From assembly GCA_965199495.1 (NCBI GenBank), contig CBDASK010000003.1, positions 3,808,001 through 3,872,000 of the forward strand: a DNA stretch of 64,000 bases, given 5' to 3'. Shown one piece after another: positions 18,599 through 29,961 of the stretch (positions are counted from its first letter, which is position 1; the number at the start of each line of letters is the position of its first letter). The DNA comes from Abditibacterium sp. (GTDB taxonomy: Bacteria > Armatimonadota > Abditibacteriia > Abditibacteriales > Abditibacteriaceae). The notes under the pieces are model-generated. The model saw only the letters and a list, made by a program, of their open reading frames with translations, made no database searches and had not been told where the DNA came from. The translations under genes and the position numbers were made by a program.

Positions 18599-21500
18599 AT
18601 GTCACTGTTAAAAAAAATTTTCGGCTCGTCTGCCGACATCTCCAGCTCCGATACCAAAGGCCAGGGAGTTTTGGGCGCCGTGTCGCGCCTGTTCGATAAA
18701 AACGAAAAAGAGATCGCCCGACTGCGACCGACGGTCGAGAAAATCGGCCAAATTGGAACCGAACTCAAAGGTCTCTCCGACGACGAAATCAAAGCCCGCT
18801 CGCTCAAACTCAAGGCGACTTTTCAGGAAAAAGTCACGCAGCGTTTGAAGGCGCAGGGACTGGAATGGCAGGATTTGTCCGCCCAGAAAGATTGGGACGA
18901 CGCTTATAATAAAGCGCGTCTGGACGCCGAAAAAGCGACATTGGGCGAACTTTTGCCCGAAGCATTCGCCCTCGTGCGCGAAGCGGGCGACCGCACCATT
19001 GGGTTGCGACATTTTGATGTGCAGATCATTGGCGGCGCGGCTTTGCACGAAGGCACCATCACCGAAATGCGGACGGGCGAAGGCAAAACATTGGCAGCCA
19101 CGGCGCCCGCTTATCTTAATGCGTTGACCGGGCGCGGCGTGCATTGTGTGACCGTCAACGATTATTTGGCCGAGCGCGATGCCAACTGGATGCGCCCGGT
19201 TTACGAATTTCTGGGACTTTCTGTCGCGTTTTTGCAAAACGACATGGAGCCAGCCGACCGGCGCGTGGCCTATGCCGCCGACCTTTTGTATGGCACTAAC
19301 TCGGAGTTTGGCTTCGATTATCTGCGCGACAACATGGCGCGCTCGCCCGAAGATATGGTGCAGCGCCCGCTCAATTTCGCCATCATTGACGAGGTAGATA
19401 ACATCCTGATTGACGAGGCGCGCACGCCGCTAATCATCTCGGCCCAGGTCGCCAAAACCGACCGGGCACTGCGTCGCCAAGGCATGAGCAAAACCTGCGA
19501 CGGCGTCGCCAAACAATTGATGCCCGCCATCAATGACCAGGAAGTCGAAGCGTTTATTGACGAGTATTCGACCAAAGGCCGCATCGACATCGGCGGCCTG
19601 AGCGACGCGATTTTCAACGGCGGCGCCTTTCCCCACGCGATTGGTTATTTGATCGATTCGTATCTGGCCTCAGAAAAAACCGCGCGCACCGATAACGCCG
19701 CGCACTTGCTGGACGCCGCCGACGAACTGTTCGCCGATAAATTGATTAACCAAGTCGGCAAGGACGAACTGGAAAAAATGGCCCTAACCGCCACTCGTCC
19801 GCAGTTGTTGAATGAAGCGTGGCGCGGCGAAGTCGAGCATATTCTGGAACCGTTCGAGATGGCGTGGCTCAACGCGCGCGACGGCGAGTGGAACGCGCAA
19901 CTGCTCGCGCACGATTTGACTTTGCCTGAAGACGCGGCGTTCGATTTGGAAGAACATATTTCGCAAAGCGAAGATAAAGCCGAAGCGACTTCGCTACTGA
20001 TTGCCGACGAAATGGCACGCCGTGGCTACATCGAGCAGGACGGCGTTGACGCGATTGCGGGCGCGCTGCAAAACGGGCGCGATGCGTTGCGATTGGCGGT
20101 TTTGGAACAGCCGGGCAGCTTGTCGGACGCCGACAAGGTTTTGAGCGAACACGTTCCGGCGGGCGAAATCAGTTCGACCGAAGATGTGCGCCGCATCGTG
20201 AGCGCGCTCGAAGCGATTACGGCGACCGGGCTGGTGCCGTTCGCCACGACCGAGAAATTGTGGAACACGGTCGAACTTTCGGCTGACCGCGACGCTCTGC
20301 GCGCGCAGTTGACGAGCGTGATCGAGAAGCAGTCGGGCGACGTGGCTACACAAATCGTCGGCTTAGTCGAAGAGTATTCCAAGTCGCGCGAGGCGTTTTT
20401 AACTTCGCAAGCCGCCACATTGCGCGACGCGTTGGGCGGACATGAAGCCGTCGTGAAGTTGGCGCAATCGGGCGCCGGAGCCGACGCGTTGAGCGCGGCT
20501 TTGCAACGCGAACTCGCCAAATCCGGCCCGTTCGCCCAGGCGACGAAAGCGTCGGCACAGTTCGTCAAAGAACAAAACGCGGCTTATGGCGCTGTCGCCG
20601 ACCATTTGATCGAGGAAATGTCGCAGTGGGTCGAGATTCCTCAGGGCGCCAAGAAAACCATCGTTTCGATTTTGGGCGAAGGCGGGCGCGCGCCCGAAGT
20701 CGCCGAACGTTTGCTGCTGGCCGTGCGCGATTTGCCGGGCGATTCGTCCGAACTGGCGGCGATTGCTCAGGATGGCGCGAACCAGTTGCAGGGGTGGCGT
20801 CACGAACAGGCGATTTCGTTCGTCGAGAAAATCGGCGGATTAGTGCCGTTGCCCGATGCAGCCACGTCCGCGATTCAAACCGCCATCGAAGACGGCGACT
20901 TTGGCACCAACGGCTTTGAAGAGTTTGTCGGCGCGCAGTTGCTTTCTTCGGAAACTATCGCGCCTTTGGCGAGTGCCATCGAAAGTTATGGCGAGGCGTG
21001 GGACGCGTTTAAAGCCAAATCAAATCAGAGTTTGATTGACAACCTCGGCGGGCGTTTGGAGATGTCGCCGGACGCGAAAATCAATCTGGGCGAACTGCTC
21101 GCCCATCCTTATAAGGGCGCGCTGATTTCGCAGATTTTCGGCACGCTCGCCGCCGACGTTGTGGCGCGCCATTTGGAGCCGCTTTTGACCGAAGAGAACG
21201 CCGGAGCGTTCACCGAAGAGATCAAGCGCCGCGTCTCGATTGTGGACTCGATTGCCAAAAAGTTGAATCCCGCCGAGTTCACCGGAAAATCCGCCGAACA
21301 GTTGATGCGCGCGGTTCAGCGTTTGGTGGTGCGCTCGCTCGAAGTTTTGGAGTTCGACAAGTACAAGCGCGTTATCAAGAACTTGGGTTGGCTAACCGAA
21401 AAAGACGAGAAGCGGCGCACCGCCGCCGTTTCGGACATGGGCGCTTTGGTCGCCGAGCGCGAAGCGGCGCGGCCCATCTTTACCGATCCCGACGGCTTTT

Positions 21501-24500
21501 TGGACACGCTATTGGCCGCCGAAATCCTGACCGAAGGCGAGGCCGTCACCATCGCGCGCGCGCAAATGGAAGCGCCCGAACTGGGCATTTCGCAGATTAT
21601 TGATACGCAATTGCGCTTGCCCGCCGAGCGTCGTCGGCGTTTGGCCGAGGCGAAGTTGCAGGAAGTTCAGTCGGTTTTGGATCAGGGAATTAAGGCGCAC
21701 GCGTTGTTTGAATACAACGTGAATTACGTGATCGGCGGCGGCAAAGAGATCGTCATCGTGGACGAATTTACCGGGCGCACCATGCCGGGCCGCCGCTTTT
21801 CCGAAGGCTTGCATGAAGCTTTGGAAGCCAAGCACGGTCTGGAAGTGCAGATCGAATCGCAGACGGTGGCGACGATCACGATTCAGAATTATTTCCGGCT
21901 TTATAACAAAATTTCGGGCCTGACCGGAACCGCGAAAACCGAGGAAGCCGAGTTTGCCAAAACTTACGGCATCGAAGTCTTAACCGTGCCGACGAATAAA
22001 CCGGTGCGCCGCGTCGATCAGCCCGACGTGGTTTATAAAACCGCCGAGGCCAAACTGCGCTTCATCACGTTTGATATTCTGGAGCATCACTGCGTCGGCC
22101 AGCCGGTTCTGGTCGGCACGCGGTCAGTCGAAATGTCCGAGCGCATGGCGCAGCGATTGTCCGCTCCAGCGCTGCAAACTTTGGTTTTGACGCATTTAAT
22201 TAAGGAACATTTGCGCGCCGACAAATCGCCCGAAGCCGACAAAGCGCCACTGTGGGAGTTCGCGCGCGCGCCGATTACCAACATTAATCCGGTGCAGGCG
22301 AAGAATTTGGCCAAGCAGATGGGCATCAATCCCGACGCGGCCAGCGACGAAAATGTGAGCGCAATTCTAAGTCAGTTCACCGTGCCCAACGCCAGCCGCG
22401 AGCGTTTGGTGGCGGCTTTGAAACAGGGTTTGCCGCACAACGTTTTGAACGCCAAAAACCATCGCAACGAAGCGCGCATCATCGCCGAGGCCGCGCGGCC
22501 CGGCGCCGTCACCATCGCCACCAACATGGCGGGACGCGGTGTTGACATCATTCTGGGCGGCAGTCTGGACGGCGAAAGCCGTTGGCGCGTTTTGACCGAA
22601 CAATTGTTGGCGCGCCAGTTGGAAGGCAAAGGCGTTCATGTCCGTTCGGTCAACGCCGAGGCGACGCAGAAGATGGCGCAGCGATTGACGCCGGATAATT
22701 TGCAAACTCTGGCTTGGGCCGTCGCGATTTCGCGCCGTGTCGAGGAAATGGAGCGCGCGGGCACCCTCGAAGGTCAGGCGGCCAAAGAGATTAAAGATGC
22801 TTTGGGCAGCGACTTGACTTCGCCCGATTATGCCAACCGCGTAAGGTCGCGCGCGCGTCGCAATAATTTGTTGGACAAATTGCCGGTCGATTTAGAGCCG
22901 CTCAATCCGCAGATTGTTGGCGAGTTGGCGCTCGAATTGGGACGGATTATGAATCACCAATACGACGCCGAATCGTTGAACTTGATGCTGCAACACGGCG
23001 TTCCGGCGCAGGAACATCAATCGCAGGACGCGCAGTTGGGCCGCGATCCGGGCGAGTTGGCGTTGCTCTACACCTTAGCCACGCCGATGTCGTTCTCGCA
23101 AAATGCCAGCGAACGCTTGCTCGAAATCTTGGCCGAAGCGCCCGATTTGGATCGGCAATTGTTGGAACTCGTGGCGACCGGACAGATGCTCAAACCCGAA
23201 GCTCTGGCCGCGAACTTGGGCGTGGTCACGCCCGATTGGGTGCAGACGCGACTGGGCGAATTGGGCGTGCCCAACGCCGACGCGGCGGCGGATCGCTTAG
23301 GCGATTTGCCGCGCGACGAAGCCGAAATTACCGAATTTCAACTGGCGCAACAAATGGGCGAAGCGTTCATGGGGACGCCGTGGCTGCGTCAGCGACTGAG
23401 CGAATGGCAATTGGTTGAGGGCGCGCGCGCGTTTGAAGGAACGGAAGAAATGCAGAACGCGCTGCAAGATCAGGCGAACGTGCATTTGCGATTGAACCGC
23501 AAAGCGGCGTTGGCCAAGCGCGAGGAATGGAACTCGCCGCAAAGCCGCCGCGAGTTGGTGGCAGTCGAGGCGCCCAATTTGGTGTTGCTGCAAGAGTTGG
23601 CCGGAGTCGTCGGGCCGGAAGCGCCGATTTTGAATCCCGAATGGCTGCACCATACGTTGAGCGGCATGAACCTCATCACCGACGAAGACGTGATGCAGGC
23701 GCAGATGCAAGCGCAAGTGCAGGATGAAGAAGGCAACCAGAGCATCCAGCCGATTGACGTTTTGGTCTACCGTTTGAAGTTGAGCGGAATGCTCGAAGCG
23801 ATCAAACCGGTTGTGCGCGAGGCGGCGAAACAGGCCGATTCGCACGATCCAACGACGGTCTTTGGCGCGTTGCAGAATGTCGCGCCGTGGTTGCCGACGT
23901 TCGTGGACGACGAATGGTTGGCGCAGACTTTGGCCGAAACGCCGGAACTGGCGTTGCCGGAAGCGACAACGGAAGAGTTGGCGGTCGCCGGGGATTCGGG
24001 CATCGTGCAGATCGAGACCGGCGTGGCTGGTCAGAGCACCGACATCGTTTTGGAAAGCGAGGCGCGGCCCGAAGACATCGCGCACACCAGCGACCGCGAC
24101 ATTATCACCGATTTGGGCGGCTTGCACATCATCGGGTCGGAGCGTCACGAGAGCCGCCGCATTGACAACCAGTTGCGCGGGCGCGCCGGTCGCCAGGGCG
24201 ATCCGGGTTCGAGCCGCTTCTACATCTCATTGGATGACGAGCTGTGGCGTCTGTTCGGCACGCGCGGCCAATTCTTGTTGAAGAGTTGGGACGAGGACGA
24301 GCCAGTCGAGGCGGGCATCATTTCCAAGCAGATCGAGCGCGCGCAGAAGAAGGTCGAGCTGAACCACTTCGAGGGCCGCAAACACGTCTTGCAATACGAC
24401 GACGTGATGAACGTGCAACGCGAAGTCATCTACCGCGAACGCCGCCGCGCCTTGCAGGGCGCTGATATCCGCGACACGGTCGTTGATATGGCGCAAAAAG

Positions 24501-25243
24501 CGGCGATAACTCAGGCCGACGCGCACGCGCCGCGCGCCGTGCGGCCCGAAGAATGGGACACGCGCAAGCTCTACTTGGGGCTGGGCAAACTGTTCGGACT
24601 GAGCGCGCTCAAAGCGCAAATTTCCGATGATGAACAGTTGGAAGAAGCGAGTTGGCAGGAGTTGCCCGACAACGCGTTGGGCAATCCCAGCTTCGACTTC
24701 ATCCTGCGCGATGGACGCGGTTTGAACGAAATCGTCGAGAAATTGTATCAAGACCGCGAACACGCGTTGGGCACCGACCAAACGCGCGGGCTGGAACGTT
24801 GGCAGGTCATGCGTTCGATTGACGAGCATTGGATGGAGCATCTGGCCGAAATGGACTATTTGCGCGATGCGATCTGGCAGCAAGGCTACGCGCAGCGCGA
24901 GCCGATTGGCGTTTATCGTCAGGAAGGTTTCGAGCTGTTCCAGAAGATGCTGGGCGAAATCCGGCGCGAAGTGACGCAGGCGATCTTCGACTATGACGTG
25001 CCCGATTTCGAGCATGAAGACGCCTCGCCCGAACTGGGCGAGATGATCGAAGCCCGATTAGTGGATGCGTTCGCTGGTGGCGACGATGGTCTGGACGACG
25101 GAACATTGTTGGCCAAAGACGCCGACGGCGTTGACAATGACTTGGTGATGACCACGCAAAACACGCGCGAGGGCGCGCCGGGCGAAGGCAATCCCGATTC
25201 GGCCAGCAACCGCGCGGCGCGGCGGGCGAAGCGGCGCGAGTAA
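18599..25243 (+). CDS. secA: Preprotein translocase ATPase SecA, 2214 aa with large insertions
   Basis: [91 protein letters not shown] all present in order. Confidence 0.97.
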   Translation: MSLLKKIFGSSADISSSDTKGQGVLGAVSRLFDKNEKEIARLRPTVEKIGQIGTELKGLSDDEIKARSLKLKATFQEKVTQRLKAQGLEWQDLSAQKDWDDAYNKARLDAEKATLGELLPEAFALVREAGDRTIGLRHFDVQIIGGAALHEGTITEMRTGEGKTLAATAPAYLNALTGRGVHCVTVNDYLAERDANWMRPVYEFLGLSVAFLQNDMEPADRRVAYAADLLYGTNSEFGFDYLRDNMARSPEDMVQRPLNFAIIDEVDNILIDEARTPLIISAQVAKTDRALRRQGMSKTCDGVAKQLMPAINDQEVEAFIDEYSTKGRIDIGGLSDAIFNGGAFPHAIGYLIDSYLASEKTARTDNAAHLLDAADELFADKLINQVGKDELEKMALTATRPQLLNEAWRGEVEHILEPFEMAWLNARDGEWNAQLLAHDLTLPEDAAFDLEEHISQSEDKAEATSLLIADEMARRGYIEQDGVDAIAGALQNGRDALRLAVLEQPGSLSDADKVLSEHVPAGEISSTEDVRRIVSALEAITATGLVPFATTEKLWNTVELSADRDALRAQLTSVIEKQSGDVATQIVGLVEEYSKSREAFLTSQAATLRDALGGHEAVVKLAQSGAGADALSAALQRELAKSGPFAQATKASAQFVKEQNAAYGAVADHLIEEMSQWVEIPQGAKKTIVSILGEGGRAPEVAERLLLAVRDLPGDSSELAAIAQDGANQLQGWRHEQAISFVEKIGGLVPLPDAATSAIQTAIEDGDFGTNGFEEFVGAQLLSSETIAPLASAIESYGEAWDAFKAKSNQSLIDNLGGRLEMSPDAKINLGELLAHPYKGALISQIFGTLAADVVARHLEPLLTEENAGAFTEEIKRRVSIVDSIAKKLNPAEFTGKSAEQLMRAVQRLVVRSLEVLEFDKYKRVIKNLGWLTEKDEKRRTAAVSDMGALVAEREAARPIFTDPDGFLDTLLAAEILTEGEAVTIARAQMEAPELGISQIIDTQLRLPAERRRRLAEAKLQEVQSVLDQGIKAHALFEYNVNYVIGGGKEIVIVDEFTGRTMPGRRFSEGLHEALEAKHGLEVQIESQTVATITIQNYFRLYNKISGLTGTAKTEEAEFAKTYGIEVLTVPTNKPVRRVDQPDVVYKTAEAKLRFITFDILEHHCVGQPVLVGTRSVEMSERMAQRLSAPALQTLVLTHLIKEHLRADKSPEADKAPLWEFARAPITNINPVQAKNLAKQMGINPDAASDENVSAILSQFTVPNASRERLVAALKQGLPHNVLNAKNHRNEARIIAEAARPGAVTIATNMAGRGVDIILGGSLDGESRWRVLTEQLLARQLEGKGVHVRSVNAEATQKMAQRLTPDNLQTLAWAVAISRRVEEMERAGTLEGQAAKEIKDALGSDLTSPDYANRVRSRARRNNLLDKLPVDLEPLNPQIVGELALELGRIMNHQYDAESLNLMLQHGVPAQEHQSQDAQLGRDPGELALLYTLATPMSFSQNASERLLEILAEAPDLDRQLLELVATGQMLKPEALAANLGVVTPDWVQTRLGELGVPNADAAADRLGDLPRDEAEITEFQLAQQMGEAFMGTPWLRQRLSEWQLVEGARAFEGTEEMQNALQDQANVHLRLNRKAALAKREEWNSPQSRRELVAVEAPNLVLLQELAGVVGPEAPILNPEWLHHTLSGMNLITDEDVMQAQMQAQVQDEEGNQSIQPIDVLVYRLKLSGMLEAIKPVVREAAKQADSHDPTTVFGALQNVAPWLPTFVDDEWLAQTLAETPELALPEATTEELAVAGDSGIVQIETGVAGQSTDIVLESEARPEDIAHTSDRDIITDLGGLHIIGSERHESRRIDNQLRGRAGRQGDPGSSRFYISLDDELWRLFGTRGQFLLKSWDEDEPVEAGIISKQIERAQKKVELNHFEGRKHVLQYDDVMNVQREVIYRERRRALQGADIRDTVVDMAQKAAITQADAHAPRAVRPEEWDTRKLYLGLGKLFGLSALKAQISDDEQLEEASWQELPDNALGNPSFDFILRDGRGLNEIVEKLYQDREHALGTDQTRGLERWQVMRSIDEHWMEHLAEMDYLRDAIWQQGYAQREPIGVYRQEGFELFQKMLGEIRREVTQAIFDYDVPDFEHEDASPELGEMIEARLVDAFAGGDDGLDDGTLLAKDADGVDNDLVMTTQNTREGAPGEGNPDSASNRAARRAKRRE

Positions 25244-25249
25244 ATTAGC

Positions 25250-25281
25250 AAAAGCCCCGATGCAAACGCATCGGGGCTTTT
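25250..25281. terminator. Intrinsic terminator after secA
   Basis: AAAAGCCCCGATGC-AAAC-GCATCGGGGCTTTT. Confidence 0.9.
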
Positions 25282-25545
25282 CTGTTTTGGCACTAAAGGA
25301 GTGATTTGGGCGTTACACTCGCAGATCCGCGAACTACTATTTATATCGGTGGCGGTGTCTAAAAGTGAGGCAGTAGGCCATGCACCCAAAAAAGAAACCT
25401 ATGTCTCAACGCGAAAAAGAGTTCGCAAAGTAACGCCCATGAACTCAAACGTTGAATCGGCGCGATTTTGGGGCGCGGCGGAGCGCCTCGTTTCGCTTGA
25501 TGCGTAAACTCAGGCGTTGCGCAGGAAAAACTGCGCGATCAAACC

Positions 25546-26358
25546 ATGAACTTCTCTCCAATCATAGGCGCTTCGAGCTGGGCGCTGCACTCTGAACTGG
25601 GCGCGCCGCCGATTTTTGGTGTCGAGGCGGGCGCGACGATTCCGCGCTTTGCGCCTTCAAACGCGCGGTTTTCCCTGCTCGAAATGCCCGATTTTCTGGC
25701 GCAGAATGGCTTCGATACCATGCAAATTTGCCATTTCCATTTGCCCTGGCGCGACGAATCGTATTTGGCCGATTTGTGCGCGGCCATCGAAAATTCGGGC
25801 GTGTCGCTGCACGCGCTTCTGGTGGACGAAGGCGATTTGACGCATCCGCAATTTGGCGCGCGCGATGAAAAATGGATCGGCGATTGGTTGCCCGTGGCTG
25901 CTCAGTTGGGCGCGCGCACTCTGCGCGTCATCGCCGGAAAAACTAACGGGCAGGACGCATTGGAGCGTAGCGCATCGGCCCTGCTACGCCTTTGCGAGCG
26001 CGCCGAGAAGTGGGGCGTGCAAATTCAAACCGAAAATTGGTTCGCGCTCTTGAACTCGCCCGACGCCGTTGACGAATTGCTCGCTCGCTGCGAAAACCGC
26101 GTTGGTTTTCTGCTCGATTTTTCCAATTGGAGCGACGCACAACATTTGCAAAACCTCGCGCGAATCGCGCCGCACGCCGCCGCCACGCACGCGCAGGCGA
26201 AATTCTTGGGGCCAGCACAAATTGACGGAACCGAGTTCGCGGCGTGTTTGAATTTGCCTTATGCGCGCGATTTTCGTGGCCCGTTTGTGTTTGTTAATGG
26301 AGGTGCGGACGGAATTTTGACTTTGCGTGATTTCGTGCGCGCCCATTTCGATTGCTAA
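25546..26358 (+). CDS. Sugar phosphate isomerase/epimerase family TIM barrel
   Basis: AAQLGARTLRVIAG, TENW, LLDFSNW, THA metal-site pattern. Confidence 0.8.
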   Translation: MNFSPIIGASSWALHSELGAPPIFGVEAGATIPRFAPSNARFSLLEMPDFLAQNGFDTMQICHFHLPWRDESYLADLCAAIENSGVSLHALLVDEGDLTHPQFGARDEKWIGDWLPVAAQLGARTLRVIAGKTNGQDALERSASALLRLCERAEKWGVQIQTENWFALLNSPDAVDELLARCENRVGFLLDFSNWSDAQHLQNLARIAPHAAATHAQAKFLGPAQIDGTEFAACLNLPYARDFRGPFVFVNGGADGILTLRDFVRAHFDC

Positions 26359-26363
26359 GTGAT

Positions 26364-26684
26364 GCCTCTTCCCGCGATTCAAGTTCACGCGGACAGCCAC
26401 GGCCCACGGATACGCTGCGAAATGGGCGCGCCCGACGAGCGGAAATCGTTTCGTGGACATCACTTTTAGCGGCATGCCGGGGATAAACTCTTCGTCAGCG
26501 ACGGCGCCTCCACGCAAAACCACGGCAATAAAGTCGAGGCGACTTTTTCGATTCCAGAGTTGCCCGAAGTGCTGGCGGAATCGTTGTTCCCGTGGCTATG
26601 CCGCCACCAAGGCGATCCAATGGCTCGACGAACGCGATGAACGCCGTTTTTTCTGTCGTTGGGCTTCATCACGCCTTATCTGCC
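26364..26684 (+). pseudogene. Frameshifted sulfatase remnant
   Basis: Across frameshifts reads GYAATKAIQWLDERDER-FFLSLGFITPYLP, matching the sulfatase AxxWL..PFFLxVGFxxPHxP segment; stop codons upstream. Confidence 0.55.
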
Positions 26685-27444
26685 GACTTCGTGGGCGAAA
26701 GGGAACAACATCAACAAAATTTCCTTTCGTAACTTGCTGACCCACACTTCAGGGTTTAGCACGGGAGGTTCATCCACGAATTACTCGTTTATGAAGAGTA
26801 AAGTCGCGGCGGGCGTGCCTGCGGTTGGCGGCTATGACTATGAGAATATGAATTTCGGGCTGTGCCGAATTCTGATTCCCATTATCAACGGCGATGTGGA
26901 CAAAGGCACCAGCTCCTTCCCGATTGCGAGCATCAATGATCAAATTTGGGACGCCATAACACTCAAGGCTTACAACACTTATATGCAGAACAAGGTCTTC
27001 AAACCGGCGGGCGTGACGGGCGTGAGTCTGCAAGCCGTCACGGGCGGCGCCTATGCCTATCCGTTTCCCGTCGGCGGTGCCAAGGGCTGGAATTCGGGCG
27101 ATTTGAAAACGGTGGCGGGCGGCGCGGGCTGGCATCTCACGCTTTCGCAATTGCTCAAAGTCATGGACGGCGCGCGGCGCCGCAACACCATCCTGCCCGC
27201 CACTAAAGTCCAATATATGCTCGACAACAAATTCGGCATTGACCAGGTGTTGGTGACCCCGGCGGGCAATCTCTACAACAAAAACGGTTCTTGGAAAGAT
27301 GGTAACGGCAAAAGAGAACAGTCGGTCGCCTATTTTCTGCCCGAAAATATGGAGGTTGCCGTCTTCGTCAACTCGCCAATCAGCACAAAAGATTCGTCGT
27401 TGCGTGGCTTAGTCAAAGACGCGTATGTAGCTTCGCTGAAATAG
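26659..27444 (+). pseudogene. N-terminally truncated serine hydrolase (beta-lactamase class C-like)
   Basis: ISFRNLLTHTSG, YDYENMNF (YxN), KNG motif; no SxxK nucleophile region or signal peptide. Confidence 0.7.
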
Positions 27445-27455
27445 TTGCAATCATA

Positions 27456-27487
27456 AAAAGCCCCGATGCAAGCGCATCGGGGCTTTT
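27456..27487. terminator. Intrinsic terminator, near-identical to 25250-25281
   Basis: AAAAGCCCCGATGC-AAGC-GCATCGGGGCTTTT. Confidence 0.9.
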
Positions 27488-27551
27488 TCGTTGCGCGTCA
27501 TTCTCCGCACTCGGTCGGCGTGGCTGCATTGGAGGCCACGCGTCACCGACA

Positions 27552-28499
27552 TCAGCTTACATTATCCAGCGCGTTGCGCAATACGCCCGCCGATTTTTTC
27601 AACGCTTCGATTTCGCCTTCGTCCAAGGGCAACGGCAGCGTTTTTGTCGCGCCGTTACGGTTGACGATTGTCGGCATGCCAAACGAAACGCCGCTGATGC
27701 CATACATATCAATGGCGTGGCCGACCGGCAAAACCGCATTTTCGTCGCGCACGATGGCTTTGACGACTTCGACCAAACCGGCGCCAATCGCGTAATACGT
27801 CGCGCCTTTGCGCTCGATGATATGATACGCCGCATCGCGCGTGCGCCCGAAAATATCGTCTTTAATCGCGGGCGTCAGCTCGACGTTCATCGCGTCGCAA
27901 TAGGTTTGGAGCGGCACGCCGCCCACCGTCACGCAACTCCAGGCGGGCACGGAACTGTCGCCGTGTTCGCCTATGATAAACGCGCTCACGCTCTGAGCAG
28001 CCACGCCGACGTGATCGCCGATGAAATGACGAAAGCGCGCGGTGTCCAAAATCGTGCCCGATCCGAAAACGCGGCCCGGCGCCATTTTCGCGTAATCGGC
28101 GGAAATCTGCGTTAAAACGTCCACGGGATTGGTGGCGATGATAATCAAACCGTTGGGATTATTTTGGGTGATGGACGGAATAATCTGACCGAAAATCCCG
28201 GCGTTCTTGCGGCCCAACTCCAAACGCGATTCGCCCGGCTTCTGGTTGGCGCCCGCCGTGACGACCGTGACGGCGCAACCGGCCAAGGCATCGTAATCGC
28301 CCGCGCTGACTTTAACTGCGTGGGCGAAAGGCGCGCTGTGCGCCAAATCCATCGCTTCGCCCTGCGCCTTGTCGGCGTTGGCGTCCACCAAAACAAGTTC
28401 GGAAGCCAATCCGCTCAGCGTCAGAGCGTAAGCGAACGAAGCGCCCACGTTGCCAGCGCCCACGACGGCGATTTTGCGGGGAGTGTAGGAATTATTCAT
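27552..28499 (-). CDS. ldh: L-lactate dehydrogenase
   Basis: GAGNVG, TAGANQKPGESRL (Gln, LDH-type), NPVD, GTILDTAR, GEHGDS, KGATYY. Confidence 0.93.
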   Translation of the reverse strand: MNNSYTPRKIAVVGAGNVGASFAYALTLSGLASELVLVDANADKAQGEAMDLAHSAPFAHAVKVSAGDYDALAGCAVTVVTAGANQKPGESRLELGRKNAGIFGQIIPSITQNNPNGLIIIATNPVDVLTQISADYAKMAPGRVFGSGTILDTARFRHFIGDHVGVAAQSVSAFIIGEHGDSSVPAWSCVTVGGVPLQTYCDAMNVELTPAIKDDIFGRTRDAAYHIIERKGATYYAIGAGLVEVVKAIVRDENAVLPVGHAIDMYGISGVSFGMPTIVNRNGATKTLPLPLDEGEIEALKKSAGVLRNALDNVS

Positions 28500-28575
28500 G
28501 TTGATATAGTGCAGAGCGCAATTCGTGCGCCTGTGCCAGCACAAACAATTCTACTGCATACTGAAAACTCATCCT

Positions 28576-29826
28576 ATGATAATCGAACCATTTTCTTTTG
28601 GCGTTGGCGACCGTTTCGCCCATCAAGCCGCCGCGCAACTGCGCGCTTTCGAGTTGCTTGCGGTGCAGGGCGTTGAAGTCGTGCCCGTCTGGAACAAATC
28701 GCATCGTGAACACACAACGATTGGCTCCAAACCGCAATCGCTGCGCGATGCCGCTGATGCCGCCGTCGCCAAATTAGGTTGGGACAAACCGTATTACGTG
28801 GATGCCGATCATATTCGCCTCGAAACCGTGGACGAATTTATTCCGAGCGCCAACTTTTTCACGCTCGATGTCGCCGATTTCATCGGCGGCGCGATTGATG
28901 ATAAAACCGTCGAAAGTTTTCTCAATGCCCATCCCGAATTGATTGGCACCATCGAAATCGCGGGCATTGAAACGCCATTTGAGACCACACGCGCGCAAAT
29001 TAAACAATGGGCCACCAAGTATCTGCCCGCCGTGGCTGGTGCGGGCGCGATTTACCATCGCATCGCCGAGAAAAAGGGCGCCGAAAATTTCGTCACCGAA
29101 GTTTCGATGGACGAAACCGACGCGCCGCAAACGCCGCCCGAACTTCTGGTGATTTTGGCCGCGCTGGGCCACGCGCAAATTCCCCTGCAAACCATCGCGC
29201 CCAAATTTAGCGGCAGATTCAACAAAGGCGTCGATTATGTCGGCGACATCGCGCAGTTCGAGCGCGAATTCGGCGACGATTTATGTGTCATTCAACACGC
29301 GATTCCGCGTTACGGTTTGCCATCGAATTTAAAGTTAAGCGTGCATTCGGGCAGCGATAAATTTTCGATTTATGCGCCGATTCGCCGCCAGTTGGGCAAA
29401 CATCACGCGGGTTTGCACATCAAGACGGCGGGCACGACATGGCTCGAAGAAGTGATTGGTCTGGCGATTTCGGGCGATGAAGGTCTGCAAATCGCGCGCG
29501 ATATTTATCGCAAAGCCCTCGCGAAACAGGAGGAGCTGTGCGCGCCTTACGCGACGGTGATTGACATTGATGCCGGCAAACTTCCCGATGCCGAAACGGT
29601 TGACAATTGGAGCGGCGAAGAGTTCGCGGCGGCGCTACGCCATGTGCAAAGCGAACCGCGTTACAATCCGAGCCTACGCCAGTTGATTCACGTCGGCTAC
29701 AAAATCGCCGCGCAAATGGGTGCGCGCTACACCGATGCGCTGGAAAATAACGCCGAAATCGTTGGCAATTGCGTGACGGAAAATCTGTTCGAGCGGCACA
29801 TGAAACCGCTCTTTCTGGGCGAGTAA
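28576..29826 (+). CDS. uxaE: Tagaturonate/fructuronate epimerase
   Basis: SFGVGDRF, DADHI, EVSMDET, FNKGVDY, KLSVHSGSDKF, HIKTAGTTWLE; next to uxaC. Confidence 0.9.
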   Translation: MIIEPFSFGVGDRFAHQAAAQLRAFELLAVQGVEVVPVWNKSHREHTTIGSKPQSLRDAADAAVAKLGWDKPYYVDADHIRLETVDEFIPSANFFTLDVADFIGGAIDDKTVESFLNAHPELIGTIEIAGIETPFETTRAQIKQWATKYLPAVAGAGAIYHRIAEKKGAENFVTEVSMDETDAPQTPPELLVILAALGHAQIPLQTIAPKFSGRFNKGVDYVGDIAQFEREFGDDLCVIQHAIPRYGLPSNLKLSVHSGSDKFSIYAPIRRQLGKHHAGLHIKTAGTTWLEEVIGLAISGDEGLQIARDIYRKALAKQEELCAPYATVIDIDAGKLPDAETVDNWSGEEFAAALRHVQSEPRYNPSLRQLIHVGYKIAAQMGARYTDALENNAEIVGNCVTENLFERHMKPLFLGE

Positions 29827-29830
29827 AATC

Positions 29831-29922
29831 AAGGTTTGGAGTAGGCACGTAAGTGCCTGATAAGTGCGAGATGCCTCAATTTTGATTGGTTCTGAGGCAC
29901 TCACGTGCCTACTCCAAACCTT
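29831..29922. repeat. REP doublet (GTAG-containing)
   Basis: AAGGTTTGGAGTAGGCACGTAAGTGCCT ... AGGCACTCACGTGCCTACTCCAAACCTT. Confidence 0.85.
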
Positions 29923-29961
29923 CTGGTCGCAAACTTCGCCTTTCTGTGAGAACCAAAAATT

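Noticed and set aside
19442..24115. SecA insertions as inteins
   Set aside because: No Cys/Ser-start and His-Asn-end splice motifs or homing endonuclease motifs are visible.
25307..25439. Integron attC site
   Set aside because: GTT and AAC are in the wrong order for an RYYYAAC...GTTRRRY site; no integrase or cassette array.
26659..27444. Functional beta-lactamase resistance gene
   Set aside because: Lacks the SxxK catalytic region and signal peptide; truncated fragment.
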